A model generated the notes under the pieces. It had not been told where the DNA came from and made no database searches. It was given only the letters and a program-made list of their open reading frames with translations. This document shows, piece by piece, positions 48,328 through 57,265 of a DNA stretch of 64,000 nucleotides. The position numbers and the translations under genes were made by a program. Positions within the stretch are counted from its first letter, which is position 1. Each line of letters begins with the position of its first letter. The stretch covers positions 1-64,000 of the IMG/VR virus record IMGVR_UViG_3300009163_000026; one strand, given 5' to 3'. The DNA is from a virus.

Positions 48328-48360
48328 AAAAAACCCCTACCTGGAAAACCAAGTAGGGGT
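48328..48360 (-). terminator. Terminator after dnaK
   Basis: aaaaaacccctac...gtaggggt. Confidence 0.8.
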
Positions 48361-48377
48361 AAGTTAGTACTTACTTG

Positions 48378-50246
48378 TTATGCGGCAGTTTCCTCAACCA
48401 CTTCAGCATCGAACACACCATCTTTATCAGCTTGTGATTCATCTACTGGCTTAGGCATTGCTTGCGCTAATTGCATAAGCAATGCTTCAAGTTCACCTTG
48501 AGCAGCCTTAAGCGCATCAATATCTTCACCAGCTAAAGCTAGGTTACAAGCAGCAATCTTTTCTGTTACTGTCTCTTTAAGCTCACTCGGGATATTCTCT
48601 CCCAGCTCTCTTACCTGACCTTCAACATTAAACACAAGTGAACTACACTGATTGCGTTGATCGATCATATCTACGCGCAGCTTATCAGCATCAGCGTGCA
48701 GCTCTGCGTCAGCTTTTGCCTGCTCAATCTCTTCTTTTGATAGTCCAGACGATCCTTCAATTGAAATTTTCTGCTCCTTGCCGGACTGCTTATCTTTAGC
48801 AGACACATGCAGGATACCGTTTGCATCAATATCGAAGGTTACTTCAATTTGAGGTTCACCTCTACGCGCAGGTGCAATACCGTCTAGTTTAAATTGACCT
48901 AGTAATTTATTATCACTAAACATCTTACGCTCACCTTGACAGATTTGAATATCTACAGCGGGCTGATTATCAGCTGCTGTAGAGAACGTTTGACTTTTCT
49001 TAGCAGGTATAGTTGTATTACGTTCGATAATGTTAGTAGCGATGCCGCCCATTGTTTCAATTGAGAGTGAGAGAGGAGTAACATCAAGTAGTAGTACATC
49101 TGTTACATCTCCTGCTAACACACCGCCTTGAATAGCAGCACCTAACGCAACAACCTCATCAGGATTAACACCTTGGTTTGGTGCTTTACCTGCTAATGCA
49201 GCAGCGGTTTCAACAACCTTAGGCATACGCGTCATACCCCCTACCAAGACAAGTTCTACAGCACCTTTAATACCACCATCCTTTAAACATTCTTTAACAG
49301 GCTTTTTAGTGCGAGTAAACAATGAGTCAGTTAGCTGTTCGAGCTGTGATCTCGTCATTGTGAGGGAGATATGCTTAGGACCTGTAGCATCAGCCGTAAC
49401 AAACGGAATTGAAATATCATAAGTCTGTGCTGATGATAGAGCAATCTTAGCCTTCTCAGACTCCTCTTTGATTCGTTGCAACGCGTCGGGCTGATTAGAT
49501 AGATCAATGCCTTGATCCTTCTTAAACTCTCCTACAATCCATTCAATTAAAGCATTATCCCAATCATCGCCACCTAGTGAGGTATCACCGTTTGTAGATA
49601 GAACTTCAAATACTCCATCACCGATTTCGAGTACTGAGATGTCGAAGGTACCGCCACCTAAGTCATAGACAGCGATCTTACCGTCTGCCTTCTTATCTAA
49701 ACCGTAAGCCAAAGCAGCTGCAGTTGGTTCGTTAATGATACGTAACACTTCAAGACCGGCAATTTCTCCCGCTGCTTTAGTAGCGCTGCGTTGTGAATCA
49801 TTAAAGTAAGCTGGTACAGTGATGACTGCTTTAGTAATTTTCTCTCCGATCTTTGCTTCTGCATCTGCTTTTAGTTTACTTAGAAGCATTGCAGCAATTT
49901 CTTGTGGTGAGTATACTTTCTTTTGACCTTCAACTTCAACTTCAATATGTGCATCACCGTTAGCTGCTTCTACGATAGTATAAGGTACGCGCTTATCAGC
50001 GTCCTTAAGCTCGGAGAATTTGCGACCAATAAGTCGCTTTGCAGAGCTAATTGTATTTTTTGGATTGGTTACTGCTTGACGCTTAGCGGCTTGGCCTACA
50101 AGGCGTTCACCGTTCTTAGCGAACGCTACTACTGATGGAGTAGTGCGTGCGCCTTCTGCGTTTTCAAGAATGTTCGCATCTTTACCATCCATGATGGCCA
50201 TGCACGAGTTAGTAGTTCCTAGGTCGATTCCTAATATTTTTGACAT
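48378..50246 (-). CDS. dnaK: Chaperone DnaK (Hsp70)
   Basis: [54 protein letters not shown]. Confidence 0.98.
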   Translation of the reverse strand: MSKILGIDLGTTNSCMAIMDGKDANILENAEGARTTPSVVAFAKNGERLVGQAAKRQAVTNPKNTISSAKRLIGRKFSELKDADKRVPYTIVEAANGDAHIEVEVEGQKKVYSPQEIAAMLLSKLKADAEAKIGEKITKAVITVPAYFNDSQRSATKAAGEIAGLEVLRIINEPTAAALAYGLDKKADGKIAVYDLGGGTFDISVLEIGDGVFEVLSTNGDTSLGGDDWDNALIEWIVGEFKKDQGIDLSNQPDALQRIKEESEKAKIALSSAQTYDISIPFVTADATGPKHISLTMTRSQLEQLTDSLFTRTKKPVKECLKDGGIKGAVELVLVGGMTRMPKVVETAAALAGKAPNQGVNPDEVVALGAAIQGGVLAGDVTDVLLLDVTPLSLSIETMGGIATNIIERNTTIPAKKSQTFSTAADNQPAVDIQICQGERKMFSDNKLLGQFKLDGIAPARRGEPQIEVTFDIDANGILHVSAKDKQSGKEQKISIEGSSGLSKEEIEQAKADAELHADADKLRVDMIDQRNQCSSLVFNVEGQVRELGENIPSELKETVTEKIAACNLALAGEDIDALKAAQGELEALLMQLAQAMPKPVDESQADKDGVFDAEVVEETAA

Positions 50247-50330
50247 ATATACGAATTTATATTATCAAATGTATTTTTCAACTATTTTTAATAAGAAAAT
50301 CTAAGTACTATTGTTTTTTATAGTCGTATT

Positions 50331-51539
50331 TTAAGGAAGACTTCTAATCATCGCTCCCTCGAAGAATCCGGTTACCGTAACATTATTACTTGCTATGACC
50401 CAAATTTGCATTTTATCTCCCGCTGTACATGAAAGAATAGTTTGACAAGTGCTTCTAACTGTAGCCGCGCCCATTTGATTTCCTTCTATCATACTAACTC
50501 CATTTTGCTTAATCCTTGGATTTATGTTGGCGACTCCGGCGACGCTATTGTAAATCGTTGATAGAAATAAATAGTATCCCGTTATAGGTATTGTATACTC
50601 ACCGGCTGAAACTCCACTATTTGTATCATACATCACCGTAAAGTTTGTAAGTCTTTCATCAATATTCCCATTAGGCACAATGGTTGTTGTCGTCGTGGGT
50701 ACAATTGTAACCTTAAACAATGGTCCTTGACCAACGACGTTAGGGGCGAGTTTAACTTGAGTAATAGCTTGGTTGTTAATCCTATCAGTTGTAACAGCGC
50801 TTAAGGCTATTCTATCGGTTGTTACCGCAGTTAAAGCAAGCTTAGCTGTTGTGATCGCCTTATTGTTAATTACCTCGGTCGTCACTGCACTTAATGAGAT
50901 TTTGTCTGTTGTTATTGTAAGCCCAGCAAGTGCATCATTAAGTATGTTTGGAGCTAGTTTTGCTAGCGTGACAGATTGGTTGTTAATCCTGTCAGTTGTA
51001 ACAGCGCTTAAGGCTATCTTATCAGTTGTGATAGCGGTTAGAGCTATTCTATCAGTTGTAATAGCGCTTAAAGCTATCTTATCAGTTGTAATAGCTTTAT
51101 TGTTAATTACTGCGGTTGTTACTGCACTTAAAGCAATCTTCTCTGTTGTAACAGCCTGACTGTAAATCTTTGGTGTTATGACAGAGTCTACAGCAAGCTT
51201 ATCTGAATTAACAGCTTGATTTACAATTTTTACTGTTGTAACAGAATCAACAGCGAGCTTATCCGCTGTAACAGCGAGGTTGTTAATTCTATTAGTTGTG
51301 ACAGCACTTAAAGCAATTTTCTCTGTTGTTATAGCACTTAAAGCAATTTTCTCTGTTGTAATCTGTGATTCTGCAACTGCAGGAATTTGAGATATAATAG
51401 ATGCAGCAAAATTCGCTATTGTTATTTTTTTATTAGTACCACTTGTAGACATAGTTGTATCTGCAATGTCAACTAGTTGTAATACGTCTGTAGCTCTTAG
51501 GTTAGTTGCTGCTGTTAGTGACGTGATTTTGCGTGCCAT
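50331..51539 (-). CDS. Fibre protein with 10-aa repeats and C1q-like tip
   Basis: Start MARKITSL after TAAATA; (V/I)TT.KIALSA repeats; YTIPITGYYLF. Confidence 0.7.
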   Translation of the reverse strand: MARKITSLTAATNLRATDVLQLVDIADTTMSTSGTNKKITIANFAASIISQIPAVAESQITTEKIALSAITTEKIALSAVTTNRINNLAVTADKLAVDSVTTVKIVNQAVNSDKLAVDSVITPKIYSQAVTTEKIALSAVTTAVINNKAITTDKIALSAITTDRIALTAITTDKIALSAVTTDRINNQSVTLAKLAPNILNDALAGLTITTDKISLSAVTTEVINNKAITTAKLALTAVTTDRIALSAVTTDRINNQAITQVKLAPNVVGQGPLFKVTIVPTTTTTIVPNGNIDERLTNFTVMYDTNSGVSAGEYTIPITGYYLFLSTIYNSVAGVANINPRIKQNGVSMIEGNQMGAATVRSTCQTILSCTAGDKMQIWVIASNNVTVTGFFEGAMIRSLP

Positions 51540-51590
51540 ATCTATATTTAGTCTAATAGGTAAACAACTAAACTGATTACTAAAACTATA

Positions 51591-51622
51591 GACCCTCACC
51601 TAGCGTTAGCCAAGTGAGGGTC
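51591..51622 (-). terminator. Hairpin/terminator
   Basis: gaccctcac...gtgagggtc. Confidence 0.65.
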
Positions 51623-51650
51623 TTGTAATTGTTAATATTAACGTTACGTA

Positions 51651-52388
51651 TTAGAACGCACGCTTGAAGGCGATGCCGCCAAAGAATTCGTTCTCTGTAT
51701 TGCCGTTAGCGCCTTGAAAATCGCTCAGTGAGATTGAGTATGCCACAAACGGTACAGCAACAATGCCGCAGAATGTAGTATCGATTTCAGTAGACAGGGT
51801 TGTCTCTACATAAGTAGCCTCTCCTTGTTCTACGATATAACCAAGAGCTGTATTCAGATCAAGGGTAAAGGGCAGACCGAAGCTGTTTTTATAATCGACG
51901 CTGAATTCACCGTAGCTATTGTTGTCTCCTTCAACAGCGATATACTGTGTAAGGGATAGATCAACAGGACCAACAGCTCTCGAAACGCCAAGGCCAACCT
52001 CCTGAGCTGCACCGCCAGTGTTGGTGACGAAGCCAGAGCTAAACCAGGTATAGCTTGCCGAGAAGCGAAAGTCGGCGATGTCTTTAGAAAAGACAGCAGA
52101 CAGATCACCTTGATTATCCTCAATGGATTGCGAATTACTATAATCAGCAATCAAACTAAGGTTAATATCAGCAGGTAGAACGATTGAACCAGTAACAACA
52201 GCAGACGCTTCATTCTGACCAATGTCTTGACCACGCCACATGTTAGTTGAACTATAACCAACTTCAACGCTTGCATCAATTGTAGGTGATGGGCTTGGAG
52301 TTAGTTGAGGTGAACCAGCCGTAACGACTTGTACATTAGCGAGTGTAGCTAGAGCTACGATTGTAAACAGTGTGTTTAGTTTCTTCAT
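51651..52388 (-). CDS. Outer-membrane beta-barrel protein (TIGR02001-like)
   Basis: Signal peptide, YSS.NMWRG, alternating strands, C-terminal Phe. Confidence 0.72.
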   Translation of the reverse strand: MKKLNTLFTIVALATLANVQVVTAGSPQLTPSPSPTIDASVEVGYSSTNMWRGQDIGQNEASAVVTGSIVLPADINLSLIADYSNSQSIEDNQGDLSAVFSKDIADFRFSASYTWFSSGFVTNTGGAAQEVGLGVSRAVGPVDLSLTQYIAVEGDNNSYGEFSVDYKNSFGLPFTLDLNTALGYIVEQGEATYVETTLSTEIDTTFCGIVAVPFVAYSISLSDFQGANGNTENEFFGGIAFKRAF

Positions 52389-52432
52389 ATAAGAATAATG
52401 TAAACACTGTAACTGTTAATGCAAGCAGAAAA

Positions 52433-52744
52433 TTAAATCTCTTTCCAGCCGCAACCACAGCATAAAAATTGCTTATCCATGTAAGAGCCATACCCTTTAG
52501 TTCTAACTAAAACAGCATCCCCTACAGAAAGAGCGCGATGTGATTTCCATCGTGTGCTAAGTATTTCAAGCTGCGATTGACTTAATAATGACTCTGGTGC
52601 ATTGGAGATATGAAAGGCTTCTTCTGCTGCAGCTTCACCCTGACACTCCGTCCAATACCATAACGCAAATGTACGATGCGCGTCGCGTTCTTCAGAAAAT
52701 AATTTTGTATTATCAATATTTAAATAAATCTCTACTTCCGTCAT
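52433..52744 (-). CDS. Hypothetical protein (ALSVGD...C...GW motif)
   Basis: GGAAC promoter 52749-52766. Confidence 0.6.
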   Translation of the reverse strand: MTEVEIYLNIDNTKLFSEERDAHRTFALWYWTECQGEAAAEEAFHISNAPESLLSQSQLEILSTRWKSHRALSVGDAVLVRTKGYGSYMDKQFLCCGCGWKEI

Positions 52745-52793
52745 ACCTTGATTATAAGGATGTTCCTTTCAACTAAGTTACGAGCCAAAAATA

Positions 52794-53006
52794 TTACCAA
52801 TAAGGACTTCTCCTAAGAGAGTAATAATAATTCAACGGCCTTGAATAGTATTCGTAAGGATAGGAATACCTTGGGTAAAATCTGTAATAATTAACACACG
52901 GATATTCTATGGGCTCAATATAAGCCGGGTCAATATATACATTACCTGTTGGTGTTATGACGCAAGAACACAATGCTAGTGATGCAAGTAAGGATAATAG
53001 TTTCAT
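52794..53006 (-). CDS. Small Tyr-rich lipoprotein
   Basis: Lipobox LCSC; TAAATA upstream. Confidence 0.55.
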   Translation of the reverse strand: MKLLSLLASLALCSCVITPTGNVYIDPAYIEPIEYPCVNYYRFYPRYSYPYEYYSRPLNYYYSLRRSPYW

Positions 53007-53024
53007 GTTGATATTTAGTATATA

Positions 53025-53101
53025 TGGTGAGAGTGGAGGAATTCGAATCCCCGACCTAAGGAGTAGAAATCCTTTGCTCTATCCAGCTGAGCTACACTCC
53101 C
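53025..53101 (-). tRNA. tRNA-Arg(UCU)
   Basis: GGGAGTG acceptor, AAGGA-TT TCT AC-TCCTT, TTCGAAT, CCA. Confidence 0.92.
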
Positions 53102-53112
53102 TTTTATAAATT

Positions 53113-53189
53113 TGGTACCCCCGCTTGGGCTTGAACCAAGGACCTGTCGATTATGAGTCGAATGCTCTAACCAGCTGAGCTACAAGGGT
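53113..53189 (-). tRNA. tRNA(CAU), likely Ile2
   Basis: CGACTCATAATCG anticodon arm as in ileX-type tRNAs; CCA. Confidence 0.85.
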
Positions 53190-53254
53190 ATATAGAAAAT
53201 TATTCGAACCTTTTAAAGACATGCTCAGGTCTTACCTAAGTATATCGAAGTTCC

Positions 53255-53452
53255 TTAAGCGGAAGCCTTAGCGTCTCGGCGTGCATTCTTCTCAGCAGTA
53301 ATCTCATTGCGGCGAGCTTTAGCAACAGCGATGATTTCCTGAAGAACCTTACGTGCACGTGTTGAAGCAGATGCATTACCATTAATAAACTTCTCATCAT
53401 CTACTGAGAAGGTACCTGCAAGTTGAATTAGTTGTTCTGTTGTCTTTGTCAT
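53255..53452 (-). CDS. Histone H1-like Hc1-family protein
   Basis: KF..GN.SA.TRARK.LQEI...AK..R.EI. Confidence 0.7.
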   Translation of the reverse strand: MTKTTEQLIQLAGTFSVDDEKFINGNASASTRARKVLQEIIAVAKARRNEITAEKNARRDAKASA

Positions 53453-53507
53453 ATGAGTTATTTTATAATAAAGCTCGTTGATATCAAGGAGGTATTTATA
53501 AGAAAGG

Positions 53508-53664
53508 TTTTATCTGCCAGACCTTAGAGTCCTATACCCCTCGCGCATAGGAAAGCATCTTCGCCGAGTCACGGAAGGGCCACTTTGTAGAAACTTTCGT
53601 TTCCTCAGACGGATCTTCGGCATAGGTCTTCACAGCTGTGTGTAGATATTCTCGACAGATAAAA
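53508..53664 (-). ncRNA. Candidate structured ncRNA
   Basis: Ends pair (TTTTATCTG/CAGATAAAA); nested AGACC/GGTCT, GCCGA/TCGGC, GAAAC-GAAA-GTTTC, CCTAT/ATAGG. Confidence 0.5.
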
Positions 53665-53869
53665 ATTGTGGAGGAAGCCCGTAACCTCCGTATGGCTTTT
53701 TAAGCAGTGAGAGAAGCTCGAAACTCTCAATAAGTGATTTGTCAGACTGGTTCACTCAGACCTTGATAGGCTTTTTATATTTACAATGTATGGTTATTAA
53801 CCCACACGGAATCTCAAGCCTGTAAGTATATTGCTATACTCCTAACTCACCGATTGGCATTGCAAAAAA

Positions 53870-53972
53870 TGGTCAATGTAGACAGAATCGAACTGTCGCT
53901 TCGGCATGTTTGCCTATCCTATCGGACAAGAAACCCTTTGCTTGGGGTGTGCTACCACTACACTATACATTG
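53870..53972 (-). ncRNA. tRNA-like RNA with aberrant anticodon arm and double-hairpin variable region
   Basis: CAATGTA/TACATTG acceptor+ACCA, D-arm, GACAG-TTCGATT-CTGTC T-arm. Confidence 0.7.
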
Positions 53973-53977
53973 AAAAT

Positions 53978-54051
53978 TGGAGCGTAATAAGAGAATCGAA
54001 CTCTTGACACCTACTTGGAAAGAAGGAGTTTTACCATTAAACTAATCACGC
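53978..54051 (-). tRNA. tRNA-Gly(UCC)
   Basis: GCGTGAT acceptor, TT TCC AA loop, U73, CCA. Confidence 0.9.
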
Positions 54052-54059
54052 GAAAAAAG

Positions 54060-54134
54060 TTGCGGGTTTCGGAATTGCACCGAAACTATTTCTGCTTATG
54101 AGACAGATCCAGCACTGCTACTGATTGACCCGCG
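54060..54134 (-). tRNA. tRNA-Met(CAU), initiator-like, atypical
   Basis: CGCGGG/CCCGCA with C1:A72 mismatch, CT CAT AA loop, TGCAATT T-loop. Confidence 0.7.
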
Positions 54135-54380
54135 ATTTAAAAATTTAAAGAGCTTTAACAGGCATACGACCTCGACAGTCCGAAGACTAGAACTTAATCT
54201 AAATCGAGAGCATCGCCACTCTTCATGAGTCCGGTTGCATTTTATATCAAAGAGCGAAAATTAATCACTAACCTTTAGTTAGTGAGGATCTTTCAAGTCT
54301 GGCTAATCCCTACTCAATCGATCCGTTTATATTGTAAATACTATTTATACTTTATCTACTTCTAAGTATATCGAAGTTCC

Positions 54381-54548
54381 TTAACCTGGTTTCGATCCAA
54401 AGACAATTCGTGAGGAATATGAATGCTGATTGTATTCAAAATGCATCATATCACCAGCAAAGGTCTCTTCAATGTCGATAAATTCAGTGTCCTCAACGTT
54501 CACCCAACCGTAATGCTTATCCGTAAATACCCAAGTATTGTCTTTCAT
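54381..54548 (-). CDS. Small cassette gene (MKDNTW)
   Basis: Bounded by GGAAC motifs. Confidence 0.55.
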   Translation of the reverse strand: MKDNTWVFTDKHYGWVNVEDTEFIDIEETFAGDMMHFEYNQHSYSSRIVFGSKPG

Positions 54549-54555
54549 ATGATTA

Positions 54556-55041
54556 TTATAAGTAAGTTCCATTGAAAATTAGCGGTGTTAATAATTCTGC
54601 TCGACTGATCGCTTCAGCCTCCCAAGGTAAGCTAGTATACTCTTCATCGCAAGAAGGTTTAACAGTCACAATATCCTTACCTTTCCATTTATAGCATTGA
54701 GCTTTGGAGCTATTTCCGAGTCTCTTAGCGTAAAATTGCTCGATATGCACGAGCTCATGTAACAACGTATCTTTAAAAGAGTCGAAATCTTGCCGCACAT
54801 CAACCTCAACAATATAATTCTTACCGTATGACGTTAAAGGTATGTGCTCCGTCGTAGCGCTGCCGTAAATATTGCGAATTGGTCGCAAGCGTATGAACAG
54901 ATTTCTAGGTAAGATCATATGCTTTCTAATATCCTTAAACCGCTCTTTGATGACATCAGCTAGAAGCCGTGCATATGCGCGGTGTTCTCTGTAGTTACCG
55001 GAAAGAATTGATGAAGATATGGTAATGGTGGGTAAACTCAT
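54556..55041 (-). CDS. Zn metallopeptidase-like (HExxH)
   Basis: TLLHELVHIEQ, Y..LPWEAEA. Confidence 0.72.
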   Translation of the reverse strand: MSLPTITISSSILSGNYREHRAYARLLADVIKERFKDIRKHMILPRNLFIRLRPIRNIYGSATTEHIPLTSYGKNYIVEVDVRQDFDSFKDTLLHELVHIEQFYAKRLGNSSKAQCYKWKGKDIVTVKPSCDEEYTSLPWEAEAISRAELLTPLIFNGTYL

Positions 55042-55237
55042 TATGCGGGTATAATTTTAATGATTTCGCTTATATCTGGGCATATTTCGTAAAAGAAATC
55101 ACGCGCTTCTGTCTTATCTGCAGCATAAACAATAATTGAATTCTCCAGCTGCGTCCGTGGTACAATAAATTTTACAAAATACATTCCTAAATTTTTAACC
55201 TTGGCTTCTCTCATACCATTATTATATTAGAGTTCCC

Positions 55238-55435
55238 TTAACTCTTAACTCTTAAACAACGCAGGTTGATCAGTTGTCTTGGTGAGATATAGAATGTATT
55301 CTCTGGATCGGAATATGATCTGAGCATATAACTTCTACCTTCTCTATTCATAGGATCTTACCAGAAGATCTCTCGTTCATATTGGTTATAAGCTATTTTG
55401 GTTCTTTCACTACGACTGCAAACTTTGTATCTCAT
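55238..55435 (-). pseudogene. Disrupted MRY-family gene
   Basis: ATGAGATAC start, in-frame TAA after 25 codons, frame continues and ends at TAA-GGGAAC. Confidence 0.5.
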
Positions 55436-55797
55436 AGCTTAACTCCTACCTTTGTTTGTATAAAATTGCGCATATACTTGTTAGCAAAATCACGAATGAC
55501 TTCCCGTTTATCTTTTGGTACATTATAATACAACATATCATAACACATTGATGCATTAAACAGAAAATGGGTCTCAGGCATCATAAAATATATTACAGGC
55601 TTTTTAAATCTTAGCTCCCTATCTGCGAAATAGATACCGTCAACATTGTTTTTAAAAACTACACCCATGCTATAGCCATCCTGCGATCGAAACTCACCTG
55701 TATCTTCATCTCTATACCACAACTGACCATCACGCTGCAGCAATGTCCCTTCATTAGTTCGCTTACCTCCAGAACATTCACATACAATATATCTCAT
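55432..55797 (-). CDS. MRY-family paralog
   Basis: MRYI; MPETHFLFN; TATAAATA upstream. Confidence 0.75.
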   Translation of the reverse strand: MRYIVCECSGGKRTNEGTLLQRDGQLWYRDEDTGEFRSQDGYSMGVVFKNNVDGIYFADRELRFKKPVIYFMMPETHFLFNASMCYDMLYYNVPKDKREVIRDFANKYMRNFIQTKVGVKL

Positions 55798-55828
55798 CTT
55801 TTATATATTTATAAAGTTTTGTATAAAG

Positions 55829-55902
55829 TAGGAGTAGAGAGATTCGAACTCTCACTTTACGAATTTTAAGTTCGTTGGCTCTACCCGTTGGCCTATACTC
55901 CC
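55829..55902 (-). tRNA. tRNA-Leu(UAA) with short variable loop
   Basis: GGGAGTA/TACTCCT, ACGAA-CT TAA AA-TTCGT, TTCGAAT. Confidence 0.85.
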
Positions 55903-56167
55903 TTTATTATTCGAAGAGCATTTAATCTCTCTTATGCCAAGGCCAATTAACTGCGACAGCCAAAGCAATTGAAAAGCTTGCTGCAATAGTTAAAAAGTTC
56001 ATAAAGCGATGTATCCGGTTAAATGTTTCTAAAGGTACATCATCAGCAAAGCTCGTGGCGTTAAAGTTATTGATAGCATCGTCAAGCAATGAAACCTCAA
56101 TAACGCCACGAACTGTAAAAATAACGATGCAGATTACAATTAGGTTAATTATAGTCTTATTACTCAT

Positions 56168-57196
56168 TTAGTTTTTTGCGTAAATATCAACCAGCTTGTA
56201 CTCTAACGCAGGACCTTTAACAAACATATCGCCAGCTGCTTTATTAAGCTCAGCGCTTGCTTTAACACCAATCACTTCGCGTTGATGCGACGCAAGATTT
56301 GTAGCAAGATTAAAGACATCGTATAAATTTTCATCAGTATACATGAATCTCGTTTGCTTCGAATTAAGCTTTTCGATATTATAACCTCTCTCAGCAAATT
56401 CTTGTCGCATATTAGCATATTGCGGGAAGAAAGTAGACTTATTCTCTTTACTCAAGCTATCAGCAACAAGCTTAACCTCATACAACGACGCGCGACAATT
56501 GCGGAGACGGTCGACGCGAGGTTTAATTGCGCTAATTGCTTCGCGCGATGAAGAATATTTAAGAAACTGCCTACCAATATTAGTATTGTTATTACTATTT
56601 CGATATGCAATACCTTGCGATGTTGTCATACCGTTTGTGCAGATGAGTCTATTAAAGAACTGCTTAAACTGCTGATTGAGAGCGCCAATAGTAGTCGACG
56701 TACCGAAATTCCAAAGATCTCCTAAGCCGCAATCTACTTGATCAAGCAGCGCAGCATTAACTTCAACCTGGCAATTATGATTGAGGTTAATAGTTTGCAA
56801 ATTGTGAGTTGAGTTCGACATAATAGCATCAATCAAACTATCAATACGATTATCATAATTTAACTGCGTATTTTCTTGAACAGCTTTACTATTTAAAGTA
56901 ATCATCTGATTATTTTCATTAACAATACCAGAGAACTGTTTCTTTTTATCAATACTGCTAATTGCTGCTTGAATATAGTTCCAGTTCTCGTCTGGCTTAC
57001 TAAAAATATCTTTAGTTAGGTTAGAACGGATACCAAGAGAATCCATAATTTCTTTATTGTTACTCACTGCATATTTATCTTTGATATAGATAAAATTTGT
57101 ATTGTTAACACGTTCACACTTTACATCTGCTGCTGCAAATGGGATAATAGTGTGACGTTTTACTGCTTGCTTAATATTTTCAATTTGATCAATCAT
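56168..57196 (-). CDS. DUF932-like protein
   Basis: RLICTNGM motif, N.YD..N..T. Confidence 0.6.
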   Translation of the reverse strand: MIDQIENIKQAVKRHTIIPFAAADVKCERVNNTNFIYIKDKYAVSNNKEIMDSLGIRSNLTKDIFSKPDENWNYIQAAISSIDKKKQFSGIVNENNQMITLNSKAVQENTQLNYDNRIDSLIDAIMSNSTHNLQTINLNHNCQVEVNAALLDQVDCGLGDLWNFGTSTTIGALNQQFKQFFNRLICTNGMTTSQGIAYRNSNNNTNIGRQFLKYSSSREAISAIKPRVDRLRNCRASLYEVKLVADSLSKENKSTFFPQYANMRQEFAERGYNIEKLNSKQTRFMYTDENLYDVFNLATNLASHQREVIGVKASAELNKAAGDMFVKGPALEYKLVDIYAKN

Positions 57197-57265
57197 AATT
57201 TTAGGTTACTTCTTACAACCTCATTATATGCTTGTTCCCTTTAAAAAGCAACACTATTTAACTCA

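Noticed and set aside
53575-53612. Hammerhead ribozyme (CTGAGGA...GAAA on minus strand)
   Set aside because: The GAAA is the tetraloop of the stem rather than following stem II; core topology does not fit
53870-53972. tRNA-Cys(GCA), tRNA-Sec or tmRNA call
   Set aside because: Anticodon loop lacks U33 and a proper 5-bp stem; no UCA anticodon; no Ala G3:U70 pair or tag ORF
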